This document shows, piece after piece, positions 1 to 14,514 of a stretch of 64,000 nt of DNA. The DNA lies in NCBI RefSeq assembly GCF_009914755.1, contig NC_060929.1. One strand, given 5' to 3'. The notes below the pieces were generated by a model, which saw only the letters and a list, made by a program, of their open reading frames with translations, did not search any database and was not told the DNA's origin. The first letter of the stretch is position 1. The number at the start of each line of letters is the position of its first letter. The stretch is from the human T2T-CHM13v2.0 reference genome, Homo sapiens. The translations under genes and the position numbers were made by a program.

Positions 1-511
1 TAATAGGATTCTAGGAAAAAATTCACGGCATGCTCAGATTTGAAAAAAATAAAGGTAACTTTAACCAAAAAATAAAAGCTGTTTACTTAAGTGTGGGCAA
101 AATGTTTGTAAAATACAGGTTATTGTGTAAACTCAGGGTAAGTAATAACTATTACTAAGCTGAAGCTTGAAAGGATAAGGTAAGAGAGTGGTGTCCATAA
201 TTGGAGACAAGAAAGCTCTGTGGAGAGGGACAACTTTGAAGACAGCAGGAACCTTTGTAAGTAAGACATAGACAATCCAAAGGAATCATACAGGTGGAAG
301 ATAGATACACAAATAGCTCATCCTTGCTTTCCTACCCACCTTTATTCTCTTGCCAGGGATCTCTGGTGGCTGAATCCAATTGCAAGCTGAGCACATGGGA
401 GCCCTGTGAAGTAGTCCTTTTTGGTCATCTTCTCTGAGAAAAAAAGAGTAGAAATGAGTAGATTTGGGTAGAGAATGGATCTAGACAAGTAAACAGAAGA
501 CATCTGGCACA
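1..511 (-). mobile_element. Old ERVL LTR fragment (LTR33-like)
   Basis: Reverse complement starts TGTGCCAGATGTCTTCTGTTTACTTGTCTAGATCCATTCTCTACCC, resembling the LTR33 5' end; highly diverged. Confidence 0.5.
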
Positions 512-904
512 TGGTTTTGCCAGACTATTTTACGCATTTGTCTCCCCTTTTATAGACTGTGCTTAGTGTTTATTTTAACCTGGTTTCAGCCATATAGAAC
601 ACTGGGGAGATGGGGTTTGAGCTAAGATGTGTTGACTTTCCCTCAGTGAGTTATTTTTCCTGTCCTTACAGCTCTTTATTAGAAACAAGCAGATATTTGT
701 TGTTAAATCCAATCTGAAATGGGGGTGAGAATTCATTCTTCTTGAAAATTAACAAATTACTTTTCCACAGACCATAGTGGAAATACATACATACACACAC
801 AGACACACACACAACTTTGAATCTGCTTATATTTTTAAATAATTTTATTACTTCCTTGATAATTGGAAATTATGGCTTTTGATTGATTATGAAAATATAT
901 TTTA

Positions 905-1174
905 CACTTTGGGAGGCTGAGGCAGGTGGATCCCTTAAGCTCAGGAGCTCGAGGCCAGCCTAGGCAACATCATGAAACCCCATCTCTATAAAAAATACAA
1001 AAATTAGCCAGGCATGATGGCATACGCCTGTAGTCTCAGCTACTCAGGAGGCTGAGGAGGGAGGATTGCTTTGAGCCCAGGAGGCAAAGGTTGCGGTGAG
1101 TCCAGATGGTGCCACTGCACTGCAGCCTAGGTGACAGAGAAAGATCTTGTCTCGAAAAATAAAATAGAAAAAAA
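905..1174 (+). mobile_element. 5'-truncated Alu (AluJ-like)
   Basis: Dimeric Alu starting CACTTTGGGAGGCTGAGG with A-rich tail; TSD GAAAATATATTTT at 891-903 and 1175-1187. Confidence 0.93.
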
Positions 1175-1220
1175 GAAAATATATTTTTATTTTTTCTAAT
1201 AATCTATATTGTTGCCTAAA

Positions 1221-1700
1221 CAAAATTCTATCATTTGGGATAACATGGATGAATCTAGAATATATTATGCTAAGTGAAATAAACTAGGCACAGAAAGACA
1301 AACACCACACAATCACATTTATATGTAGAATCTGAAAAATGTTGAATTCATTGAAGTAGAAAGTAAAATGATTACCCAAGTTGGGGCCAGGGGTGGAGAG
1401 TTGAGAGAATGGGGTGTTGCTGTTCAAAGAAACAAAGTTAAGCTAGACAGGAGAAATTGATTTTGAGGTCTATTGTACAGCAAGGTGACTACAATGAATA
1501 ATGTATTGTATATTTTAAAGTAACTAAGACAGTAAATTTCAAACGTATCACAATAAAAAATGTTAAGTGAGGTGATGAATACATTAATTAGCTTAATTTA
1601 CTCATTCTACGTTTGTATACATTTATAAACATATCACATTATACTCCATAAATATAATAAAATTATGATTTATCAATTAAAAATAACATTAATTTAAAAA
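1221..1700 (+). mobile_element. L1 3' end (L1MA-like)
   Basis: ACATGGATGAATCTAGAATATATTATGCTAAGTGAAATAA...GAGGTGATGAATACATTAATTAGCTT is typical L1MA ORF2 end and 3'UTR. Confidence 0.85.
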
Positions 1701-4700
1701 GAAAGTATTGGAAATCAGATTATCCTATTATTTAAAGTTTTAACAATGACATGCCTTTAGAAATAGAAAAAACAAAAAATTTGATATAATTAAAATATGA
1801 TTTCCTATATTTTATCACCATATTTTTACTGTTTCCCAATAATTTGAACCCTCATGTATATATTTTATTTCAATAATATTTTATACATTTATTAAGCTTT
1901 TTTGTGTGATTTAATATGTAATGACTATTGTTTTGGTAAATAGTTTATGAATCCACTACATAAACTGTGACTTAGTGTCTTCCATACATCAGGCATATTC
2001 TCACTTAATTTTTGTCTAACTGGTCAGTAATAGGCTCAAGGTCATTTTTTGACTGCAAATATCTGTGTTTTACCAGATTAGGTTTATATAAGTTTTTACT
2101 GTTTAGAAATCTGATTTTATCTTATTCAGCATTATGAATTCCATTTGTGACTACACAATGATTATCTTATGCTTTTTCATTCATGCTTTCACAGTTTGGT
2201 TCAATTAACATTGAATTCAATGCATTACATATTTCATTATTAGATAATTTTTCTTAAATGTGGATCTTGCAAATGGCTTATTGTAGGATTGTTTTTACAT
2301 TCAAATGTGAGACTATTACCTTTTGATAGAAAAAAAATTGGGCTGCATACTTTCATTACTATAATTACCACACTAGGTTTGGCTTCAGCTTTTCTGATTA
2401 ATGACTTCACTTTTAATGTTTTCTTGTTCTTTGTTTTTTTTTTCTATTGTGACCTCAGTATATGACACATCTTTATTCTGTTTATTCATGTTATCATTTG
2501 TAAGACAAATATTCTGGTTTTAATTTTTTAGCAGATGTTATTTAAAAACACACAGGTCACAAACATACTTAGTATATGCATTTACAAGAATCATATAAGA
2601 AATACAATTATTTTACTTTTATTAGAGGCTAATGGAAATAATTAAACCATTTTGCTATATAATACAAGAAAGATGTTATAAGAAATAGTGTATTGAATTC
2701 AAGTTTCCCGAACTCTTAACTCTCCTGCATGAGTTTGTAGAAATTGCCCAATTGTATGTTGTAAAAATTATCTCATCATAATAAGAAAATTGTCAATATA
2801 CAGCATCAGAACATCTCTATCATCCTTCCTTCATTCTCCTATAATGCTAGTAAACATGTAAGTTTTTATAATCACTATTGATAACTCTTGGCTACTACCA
2901 ACTAAACTAAAACCTATGAATATTCTAAGAATATTAAAATAATTCAATCTTTTAAGAAAAACACCAGTATTATGTGTGCAAACCCATCAGCCATTAACCA
3001 AGAAGTAATGGGTTCAGACTATCAGACTTGAGGATTTAGAATGTAAATTGATCAGCCTCAGAGAACCAGTGTCTATTCTGGAGTTAAATTGTTGGAATCA
3101 AAAGGTTAAAAATATAAATATTGGATATTCAAAAGAATCTTTCTGTAAAAAATATTAATGCATAAATAAAAACTACAGTATTTCTATATAAATAATTTGT
3201 TACCTTATTTCAAAAAGCCATCATGACACAAGAATGTCCATAGTCTGTTATGAGAAAATACATTTTATAGGAATAAAAAGTGTTCACATAGGCTACCATA
3301 AAAGCTGGTTTTTATGAGATTCCTAAGAAACCCATTGACAGGTAGAAATGGAATCAACTAAATAATGCCTGATGTGACCTCTAGCTGTTTGTTGCTTTTG
3401 TTTGTTTGTTTTTTCTTTCACTTATCTGAATGTAATTATTTTGTATTATATAGTTTCTACACAGATTCCATAGAGCAAAATTTCAGATCTCCCTATAATG
3501 AGATCTATAGATCAATTCTCTTTCTTGTACGTTCTTAGAGCCAAGAGTATTACATTTTCTTGTGCTCTGCTCTTCATAGCTAAGAGGTGTATACACTGTG
3601 TTGAAGGAGTTGAATTCAGACACATTTCTCTGTACGTTACTACACAGTTACAAGATAAGGAGCATTCTCAATTATATCCAGCCAGGTAGCAATATTGCAA
3701 AATAATGTTGGTAAAACCTTATTCCCATCCTTCCAAGTATGCAGGACTTTCTAACTAATGCTGTGTCTTTCAAAGTAATGTCATAACCCTTCAGGAAGAC
3801 ATGGTTTTCACCAAGCTGCAGAGTGAAAAATCAGTTTGGAGCATCCCTACCTGGAATTTATCTTCATTTCAAACTTTTTTTGTCTACCTTTTGTCTTATT
3901 TTTGCCACGATTCTCTTATTCAGTTTGATCTATCATTCTTTATTCCTTTGCTGTGCTGCAGTTTCTCCTTGCTATTCCTTCGTCACTGGTTAGCACCTCC
4001 TTCTACCATTTCATTCTACTCTCACTCTCTCACCCCTTCCCTCCTTTTTCCCTATTATATTTGTTCCTTTCTCTTGGCTTCACACACACGAATACTCTCA
4101 CATCACTCAAACACATTCTCCCACACTAGCTCACAGCCCTGATTTTTCTCTGGCTACTGAACACAAACAGTACCAAACTTATAATAAGATAGGGTGTTTC
4201 TACCCATGTAGCTAATTTAAGGGACAAAATAAAGTTACTACCAATGAAAATGAACCTGAGGTGGCAGTGGTTCCCATTACCCTGACTACATTGAGGAGAC
4301 CCATGATCTGGGCTGGATAAATAATATATGTTGCTCTCCTGTCACAGAAGTTTGCCAAGAGGTAGGCAAGGGACTAAAGCCACACTCAAACATTCTGGCC
4401 TTTCTTATTTTTCTTCTTCAGTTGATAGCCCCAGAATCTCTTTGCCCACTCCTGATTGCAGCTACTTGAGTAAGCACCTAGAAATTATGGTAGACAAATT
4501 TCCTTTCTAGGAAGAAGCTGGTGGAAGTGAATCTGGAACTCTGAGAAAAGAAGAGATTAGATCAAAATCAGAATTCTAGTTTCACAGTGTTACTGATACC
4601 AGTCCCTGGGGACCACAGAGATACCTTACTTACAGCATATATTTATTTAATTCAGTGAAGCTCCTTCAATTCATTTCAGTAAATCCCTTTGTTTCATTTA

Positions 4701-5591
4701 TTTCTTTTATTTTCCTTGTTTATTTGTATTCAAGATAAGTTTCAGCAACTTCCAATCAAAACATTCCTGCTCATATAATATATTTCTCCACCCTTACCGC
4801 TATCTACCCATCAGATTCGCTGTTTAGAAACTGACATGTAAAATTCTGTTTTTAGGGTTTAAAGTGAGAGGAAATTAGGCAAACATATATACTATTTGTA
4901 GGTGCTTAAATAGGTACCATACCTATAGAAAATTTGTATATGTATTAAAATTTAAAGTATATCCCTTTTTTGACCCAGCAACTTAATTTCTATAAATTTA
5001 TAGTATTTGTGTTTTATTATTCTATGAAATAACACATATATAGTATATCAACTACCATGTGGTTAATAGCACAAGCCTAGGAATAAAAAATGATATTCAA
5101 AATATCGATTAAATATATTATAGTACATCCTTACCATAGATTTCTATATAATCCTATATGTAGTGTTACGGATTACTCAGATAAATAAAGAAAAAAAAAC
5201 AAGGTGCATAATAGGGGTATAAGATTCAACCAATTGTGTAATGCACACACACACCCAAACACACACACGTGCACACACACACACATTCAACAGATCTAAA
5301 ATACCATAAGGAGAGTCATTATTTTATATAACACTAAAAAGAAAAAAATTGCTGCCAATTAAACTATGACATAATGCTTTCTTATCTTTTGGAAATTTCA
5401 TTTAACACACACTAAAACAGCTTTTTGATACTTTAGGCATGGATTTTGATTATATATTACTATTGCATATACAGAAATAACTATGTTAAAATTAACATTA
5501 AAGAACTATTTTTGTAAGTCACTTTTGCCTCAGAAGCATTGATTCTGTGTCTTTTCACATACTCAAGGACATAGATCGTGCTGCATTTCTT

Positions 5592-7080
5592 TTTCTTTAC
5601 AATTTTTTTAAAATTTAACTCATCTTAAGTTTAGGGGCACATGTGCAGTTTTGTTATGTAGGTAAAATTGTGTCATGGGGATTTGTTGTACAGATTATTT
5701 CATCACCTAGGTATTAAGAATAGTATCGATTAGTTGTTTTTCTTGATCTTTTCTTCCTCCCAACCTTCACTCTTAGATAGGGCCCAGTGTGTGCTGTTCC
5801 CCTCTATGTTCCCATGTGTTCTCATCATTTAGCTCCCACTTATAAGTGAGAACATGCAGTATTTGGTTTTCTGTTCCTGTGCTAGTTTGCTAAGGAATAA
5901 TGGCCTCCAGCTCCATCCATGTTCTTACAAAGGACATGATCTCGTTTTTTTTTTTTTTTATGGCTGCATGGTATTCCATGATGTATCTCTATCACATTTT
6001 CTTTAGCCAGTCTATCATTGATGGGCATTTAGGTTGATTCAATGTCTTTGCTATTGTGAATAGAGTTGCAATAAACATACATATGCATCTTTGTAATATA
6101 ACAATTTATATCCCTTTGGGTATATACCCAGTAACGGGTTTGTTGGGTTAAATGGTATTTCTGTTTCTAGGTCTTTGGGGAATCACTACACTGTCTTTCA
6201 CGATGTCTGAACTAATTTACACTCCCACCAACAGTGTATAAGCATTCCCTTTCCTCCACAGCCTTGCTAGCATTTGTTATTTTTTGGCTTTTTAATTATA
6301 GCCATTTTAAATGTTGTGAGATGGTATCTCATTTGCATTTCTCTAATGATCAGTGATGTTGAGCTTTTTTTCATATGATGTTGGACACATGTATGTCCTC
6401 TTTTAAACAGGAATTTTAAAAGCCTGAATAGCTAAGGCAATTCTAACCAAAAAGAACAAACCTGAGCAAACAACCCAACTTCAAACTATACTGGAGGACT
6501 ACAGTAACCAAAACAGCACAGTACTGGTACAAAAACAGAAACATAGACCAATAGAACAGAATAGAGAACCCAGAAATAAGGCAGCAAACCTACAATTACC
6601 TGATTTTCAATAAACCTGAAAAAAAAAACAAGCAATGAGGAAAGGCTTTCCTACTCCATAAATGGTATTGATATAAGTGGCCAGCCATTTGCAAAAGATT
6701 GAAGCTGGACCTCTTACTTACACCATATACAAAAATTTACTCGAGACAGAATAAAGACTTAAATGTAACACCCAAAACTATAAAAACCCTGCAAGACAAC
6801 CTAGGTGATACCATGCTGGACAAAGAATGGGCAAAGATTTCATGATGAAGTTGCCAAAAGCAATTGCAACAAAAGCAAAAATTCATAAATGGGATCTAAT
6901 TAAACTAAAGTGATTCTGCACAGCAAAGGAAGTATCAACAGAATGAACAGACAACCTAGAGAATGGGAGAAAATTTTTGCGAACTATGCATCTGTCAAAG
7001 GTCTAATATCTAGCATCTATAATAAACTTACACAAATTTCCAAGAAAAAATAAACAACCCCATTAAAAATTGGACAAATA
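5592..7080 (-). mobile_element. L1PA/PB insertion with 5' inversion (3' part minus ~5592-6410; inverted ORF2 part plus ~6411-7080)
   Basis: L1 3'UTR/ORF2 end on minus then contiguous upstream ORF2 on plus; TSD TGCTG(C/A)ATTTCTT at 5579-5591 and 7081-7093. Confidence 0.92.
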
Positions 7081-8829
7081 TGCTGAATTTCTTAAATGTA
7101 GGTCCATTCTCTCTCTAGGATTTCCCTCTGCTACTGACATGCATTCTGCACATTTTGATGCTTTGTACTTTATTGTATAGGTGAGAAGATGTCATGGAAT
7201 AGTTTTAGGTCACAACCAGAACTCATATTATTTCAGTTTATTGGTTAAAAATGAAAACATTTGTCTAGATTGGCCAAGAGGAATGAAATCCAAGTTTATG
7301 TATGTGCAAGCAATAACAATCATATCATGTAAAACCTGGTCAACAGGGTTTGCAAGATGTCATTGTTGATGAAATACTTTCCAGTTTTAGACCCACTAAA
7401 ATATGGAATAAAACCATATCGCTTAGAATAATTAAAATGCAATGAGTATATGGCATACATACACATTGGATTATATAAATATAAAATATCACTGAAGTTA
7501 TACATGAGAAACTAGTAACAGTGGTTGTCTTAGGACAATCCAGGGACAGAAAAGAGAGACCTAGTTTTTACTTTCTACCCTTTTATACCTTTTGAATGAT
7601 ATGTTACAATCATCTACTACTTGTTCTACAATGACAAAAATAATTATTTGTTTCCAGAATAATAGATTTATTCCTTATTACTAAATCAGTGTTTCAAAAT
7701 AAATAACATGTCTACAACTGACAGAACATAATATTATTTTAGGTGATATGACTATTTCAAAACAGTTCTATGTATACATTTACCTTAACATATGTTAAAG
7801 ACAATAAATCATCAAGTCCACTATTTTCATAGTTAAAAATTTCATTTTTCATTGAAATAAATGAGATCATAAGTTTAGAATTAGGATCAGGGAGAGCCTG
7901 TTGAATTCAGGGTATAAAGAGAAAATGGAAAATCCTTGGAGAGTGGAAGAGTGTATTTAGTTTTGCTAGATAGTACTAAAGGCCCAGTGAAAATAATCTC
8001 TGTTTATAAATTTGAAGTTAGATAGTTAGAAGAACACTGTGTTCTTTTTTAGTTTTACCAGTCATGTTTAGGTGGTTGTGTGCAGCTAGTGAGAAGACGG
8101 AAAAGTGGGCTTAAGAAGGTGTGGTACTTTTCTAGGGAGACCATCTGATGAACAGAGGGATGGGGATTTCTTTGCTCACCTCTTTTTTGACCTCTTAAAT
8201 GCTCAACACCCCCAATGTCTTGCTCTGGTTGACACCACCTCCACAAACACACTGAATTAAACCATTCTGAAGTCAGAGAGTTGTCTGGGCAGAGGTCATG
8301 AGAATGCTCATAAGTTTGTTGCATGTTTACCCTTGTTATTGTGTACAAGCCTCCTTAAAGTTTTAAAAACCATCCTGGAGTTGTTTTCTCACAAAAGAGA
8401 CAAGGCTGACATTTGGCTGACGAATTATGCCAGTCTTTAATCAACCCATGGGAATAGTGGGAATCCGGTATTGGATATCATCAGAATGAATATAAACTAT
8501 CAGCTGTTACTAAATAATCATTGATGCAAAATGTGATTGAGCCCTCCGTCTATTAATAAGGAATAGAATTCAGCAGCAAACCTATTTGCAAAGAAGGAAG
8601 ATTTAAATGAATCTATTTTAATGAAAGAAAATACATTTTAGAGTTTTAAATATTCTATAAATCTCCCTGTCATTCTATAGTTAAGAGTGACTGACTTACT
8701 ATCACCACAGATAGCTATTTGTTACCTCATTGCTGTATATAATTACTCAGTAAATAAGTGCAAATTATAGCTACTAAGGCAAGCTCACTAACACAAATGT
8801 TTCATGTCAAAGACAAGAACAGCAATCAC

Positions 8830-9232
<403 letters not shown>

Positions 9233-9254
9233 CTATCAGTATACAGTATGGTGA

Positions 9255-9312
9255 AATGATGGTGATGATTATTACAATGATATGATGATGATGATGATTG
9301 TTATTATTATTG
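9255..9312. repeat. Degenerate (GAT)n/(TAT)n simple repeat
   Basis: gatgatgatgatgattgttattattatt. Confidence 0.7.
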
Positions 9313-11714
9313 TTTAAAATACAACAGGGTAGTTATGTTCATTTTGAGAGGGGAAACAGAAGTGCTGGCATAACTCTATGCATAGTATAAACAGAAATCG
9401 GACACTTCACTTCAATGTTGTTAACATCAAAGTAGTTTTCTTAAATTATTTCTTCACTTTGCTTTTCTCTTACCTGGAGCATACATGATCATTACATTTT
9501 GCTTCCCATAACTCATGTAGTTATTTCAGAAAAGATATTTAAATATAGATAACAGATAATAAATATTTTAATATTATAATAACAAAATGACCTACTCCTT
9601 TAAATGCCTATTTATTGACATTTATTTACAAATATAAAGAAAAATGATTTGTGCAAACCACAAATAGTGTTTTTAAAATACTTCTTAATTTATGTTCTCT
9701 TAGCTGTAAGACAGTTTTGCTCTTTCCTACCTGCAATTGGGCCTCAGGAAAAAAAAGATGGAGTGAATGCCATGTCAGAAAGGAGAAGGATGATATAGAA
9801 AAGCTCTCTTCTTTTAAAGAGTGTAGGGGGTTCACCCACTAAGGAAGGGAATTAATGGATTTAAATGTGATGGTAAACTTTAAACATCCATGTTCTTATA
9901 TTTTTTCTGTGGAAATGACGAGTTAGAAAAAGTTGATCTTGAGAACACTAAGAAGTAGTGGTGGTCAGTGAGATGATTATCTAGAAGTTTGAGAATGCTG
10001 CAGGACACTGGGATGTGGCCATATTTAGCATAGCATGTACGACATTGTGTGGCACTAGGAGATGAGAGTGATTCAAAACGATTATGTTTTTGTCCTGGAA
10101 AAGGCTTGCAGTGAATCATCATACACCTGGATTGGGATGAAGTGTTTGAAACTACACTATGTAACAGATGTCCACAAAGTGTTAAATGAAACAAAGAGCT
10201 CCGTTGCACCTCAGTGGTAATGAGTAAAAGGAACAGAAAGGACCAGCCACAATTTAGCAGAGACTAGGAATGATGCAGAGAGAATTATGTTGCCTACTGT
10301 CTCCTGACACTACTACAAGGTCATATAAACCTTATATCCAGCACACAAAATGTATCTTAGGAAAAGCAAATGGAGTGAGAAGAACTCTGTGCAGATTACA
10401 TAATTTGAAACAAATATGTAAACATAAAGAAACAGGGTCTCTGGATATGAATGAATTTACTGGATTGTTCTGAATATACACGTGAGACTGTGGTTGTTAT
10501 TCATTCAACAGGCTTCTGACAAAGAAGTCGTAGAAAACAAAACAAAAATAGTTATATTCTCTTTAAACATCTGAGTATGCATTAACAAAAATACAACTCA
10601 TTAGACATAATTTTAATTATCGTGTGAAGAAATAATAAAAACCCAGTGGTTAGCTACTAAAGCCTGCAACACTCTTAATTATAAAAATAGAAAGAATTCC
10701 TAATGCAACTGTCCCCTAGATGTGTGGCATGGAGGACAAGCAGCAATTTTCAAAGAGCAAACTTAAACATACTATTAAGTTTCACAAAATTCAAAATCAT
10801 ATTTAAATGCCTAGTTCTATTGTAATGTCAACAATATAACTTTTTCTTAAAACTACCTTTTTCATTTCCAAATATTAAACAATAATATTGATTAAGAACA
10901 TTAGAAACAGCTTAATAGGATTTTTGCTTTTATTTTTGTTATTTTAGTTTTTTACACTCAACAGTTGGACAATATGTTAAACACAGAATTTGTTTAAAAT
11001 AAAGTTTTATATCAATCCAGTTTGTACTTGCTTTAAATTTAGAATTTCTAATTGTCTCCGTTTCAAAGTGATGGTATGAAAGAAAACATCAATGAATCTA
11101 CTTTAGCACCAAATACAATGATGATCTAACAGCTTGCAAACACAATTTAACATAATATTGTACCTGAAGAATAAATAAGCTCAATTCTCCTAGAGGCATT
11201 TTGCAAAATATCGACAAATGCAGAGCATGTTGAGCATGAAAAACATGCTCAACAAGGGTCTGCTATTATGGTAGTATATTTTATAATGCAAGTATTACCT
11301 GCTTTTTCTGTTAATTGGAAAATTTTTTTATTAGGATGCTCATTCAAAGGTGGAATAAATGACTTCAGGAACCCTTTCAGGGTCCCATTATTTTTGTGAC
11401 TAGAGAAATGCATTACAAAAATTTCTAAGGGTATTTTTTTGCTTTGTTTATATTTCTGGAAATATATAAGAGAATAGCCGTTCTTCAATTCACAGATTAT
11501 TGACAAAACATTTTTCTAAGTTATTAGAAAATTATGAAAATGTAAGAAACAGAAACCTCCCTGAAGCCCTTAGCTTACCTATAACTCAGCATATATGACA
11601 ACTCAGGGTCTGAGACTCAAAACGGAGATGTGATTTACATATTGTTTCTAAATGATTTTTTAATATATAAATATTCTGTCCCTAGAATGTTATTTTAATT
11701 GGAGATTAGGGTGG

Positions 11715-12075
11715 TGTATTAATCTGTTTTCACACTGCTATAAATAACTGCCTGAGACTGGGTAATTTATTTTTAAAAAAGTGGTTTGATTGACTCACAG
11801 TTCCACATGGCTGAGGAGGCCTCAGGAAACTTACAATCATGGCGGTTGGTGAAGGGGAAGCAAACACCTTCTTCACTAGGCAGCAGGAGAGCGAGAGAAA
11901 GAAAGCACCACACATGTATCAAACAACCAGGTCTCATGAGAATTCTATCAGGAGAAGAGCAAGGGGAAAGTCCACTCCCATGACTCAATCACCTCCCACC
12001 AGGCCACTCCCCCAACAGGTGAGGATTACAATTTGAGTTGAGATTTGGGTGGGGACACAGAGCCAAACAATATCG
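11715..12075 (-). mobile_element. MaLR solo LTR (MSTA/THE1D-like)
   Basis: TGTATTAATCTG...GGGTGGGGACACAGAGCCAAAC; 5-bp TSD GGTGG at 11710-11714/12076-12080. Confidence 0.9.
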
Positions 12076-12129
12076 GGTGGACAATGTGCAAGCACCCATT
12101 TTATTATCTACTGTTATTAAACTTCATTA

Positions 12130-12640
12130 AGGAGGAGGTAACTCCTTCTTCAAACAGATAAACATAATGTAAGACTTCAAGGACCTGAAAAATCAAGGAA
12201 ATATGACATCACCAAAGGAAGACAAAAAATATATTAGTAAGCAACCCTAAGAAAATGGAAATCTATGAAATTTCTGACAAATAATTCAAAATAATTGTTT
12301 TAGGGAAGCTCAGTGAGCCATAAAAGAACACAGATAAACAATTCAATGAAATCAGAAAAACAATACAACAAAACAAGACATTTAAAAAAGAGATAGAAAT
12401 CATTTAAAAAAAAAAAGTCTGGAGCTGAAGAATACAATGAATAAAATTTTAAAATGCAATCAAGAGTGCCCATAGCAAACTTAATCTAGTTGAAACAAGA
12501 ATCTGTGAACTCAAAGATAGGTCATTTGCAGAAAACTCTAATAAGAAAAGAAAAAAGAATCAACAGAAGTAAAGTAAGTCTATGGATATATAATACACCA
12601 TCAAGAGAGCTAATAATTTTCATCATAAAAACTTTAGAAG
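12130..12640 (+). mobile_element. Old L1M ORF1 region (resumes at ~14375-14515)
   Basis: AATCAAGGAAATATGACATCACCAAAGGAA, AATGAAATCAGAAAAACAATA and CTGGAGCTGAAGAATACAATG are L1M ORF1 hallmarks. Confidence 0.8.
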
Positions 12641-12645
12641 ACAAT

Positions 12646-14372
12646 GTTTTTTCCTTCCAAATTTTATTTTAGGTTCTGTTGGTACATGTAGAGGTATTAA
12701 ACCAGGTAAATTGCCTGTTGTGAGGTTAGGTGTACAGATTATTTTATCACCCAGGGAATAATCATAGTACCCAAGAAGTCATTTTTCTATCCTCACCCTC
12801 CTCCCTCCCTCACCTTCAAGTAGGCTCTGGTGTCAGTTGCTCCCTTCTTTGTGTCCACATATACTCAATTTTTAGCTCCCAATTAAAGTGAGAAAATACT
12901 CTATTTGCTTTTCTTTTCATGCGTTAGTTTGCTTAGGATAATGGCCTCCAGCTCCATCCATATTGCCACAAATGACATGATTCTGCTCTTCATTATGGCT
13001 GTGTAGTATTCCACATATATATCATTTTCTTTACCCAATTCACCATTGATGGGCATCTTGGTTGATTCCATGTCTGTGCTGTTGTGAATAGTGCTTCAGT
13101 GAACACATGAGTCCATGTGTTTTTTGGTAGGATGTTATATTCCTTTGGGTATAAACCCAGTAATGGTATTGCTGGGTCAAAGGGTAGCTTTTTTAAAGTT
13201 CTTTGAGAAATCTCCAAACTGCTTTCCACAGTGGCTGAACTAATTTACATTCCCAGCAGCAGTATACATGTGTTCCCTTTCACCTGCAACCTCATCAGCA
13301 TCTGTTATTTCTAAACTTTTAGTAATAGCCATTCTGACTGTTGTGAGATAGTATCTCATTGTGGTTTTGATTTGCATTTCTGTAATGATTAATGATGTTG
13401 AGCATGATTTCATATGTTTGTTGGCCAGATGCATGACTTCCTTTGAGAAATGTCTGTTCATGTCCTTTGCTCACTTTTAAATGAAATTGTTTGGTTTTTG
13501 CTTGCTAATTTAAGTTCCCTATAGATTCTGGATATTATGCCTTTGTCAGATGCATAGTTTGCAAATATTGTCTCCCATTCTTTAGGTTGTCTGTTTACTT
13601 TGTTGATAGTTTCTTTTGCTGTGCAGAAGCTCTTTTATTTAATTAGTACCTATTTGTCAATTTGTGATTTCTTTTAACACTTTTGGATCTTTGTCATGAA
13701 ATATTTTCATGTTCAGAATAGTATGGTCTAGGTTTTTTCTTTTGGGTTTTTTTCTAATTTTAGGTTTTACATTTAAGTCTTTAATTTATCTTTAGTTGAT
13801 TTTTGTATATGAGGAAAGGAATGAGTCCATTTTCAATCTTCTGCATATGGCTAGCCAGTTATCCCAGCACCATTTATTGAATAGGGAGTCCTTTCACCAT
13901 TGCTTACATTTTCCAACTTTGTTGAAGATCAGGTGTGTGGATTTGTTTCTGGGTTCTCTAACAGGTTCTATTAGTCTATGTGTCTGTTTTTGTACTAGTA
14001 CCATGCTGTTTTAGTTACGGTAGCCTTGCAGTATAGTTTAAAGTCAAATCGTGTAATGCCTCTGGCTTTGTTGTCTTTTCTTGGGTTTGCTTTGGTGATT
14101 TGGGCTCTTTTTTGGCTCTATATAAATTTTAAAATAGAATTTTTTTAATTCTGTGAAAAATGTTTTTGTTAGTTTAATAGAAATAGCATTGTATCTGTAA
14201 ATTGTTTTTAGCAAGCCGTATGGCCATTTTAACAATATTGATTTTTCCTATCTATAAGCATGGAACGTTTTTCATTTTGTTTGTGTCATCTCTGATTTCT
14301 TTCAGTAGTGTTTTGTAATTCCGGTTTTAGAGGTCTTTCATCTCCCTGGTTAGCTGTATTCCTAGATATTTT
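12646..14372 (-). mobile_element. 5'-truncated L1 (L1PA15/16- or L1PB-like), ORF2 C-terminus and 3'UTR
   Basis: Decayed ORF2 peptides (LPFDPAIPLLGLYPKE; [12 protein letters not shown]) and 3'UTR on minus. Confidence 0.93.
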
Positions 14373-14514
14373 GAGAAATCTTATTTAAAGAAATAGTAGT
14401 TAAAAGCTTCGCCAATTTTTGGAAAAATATAGACATCCAAGTACATAAAGTTTAAAACTCTTGTCACTTTCAACCAAAATAAAATTTCTCCAAGCTCTAT
14501 TATAGTCAAACTAT

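Noticed and set aside
8400-8620. Unique TAAT-rich stretch (also ~20780-21110) resembling a conserved enhancer
   Set aside because: Conservation cannot be judged from one sequence and the motifs are expected by chance
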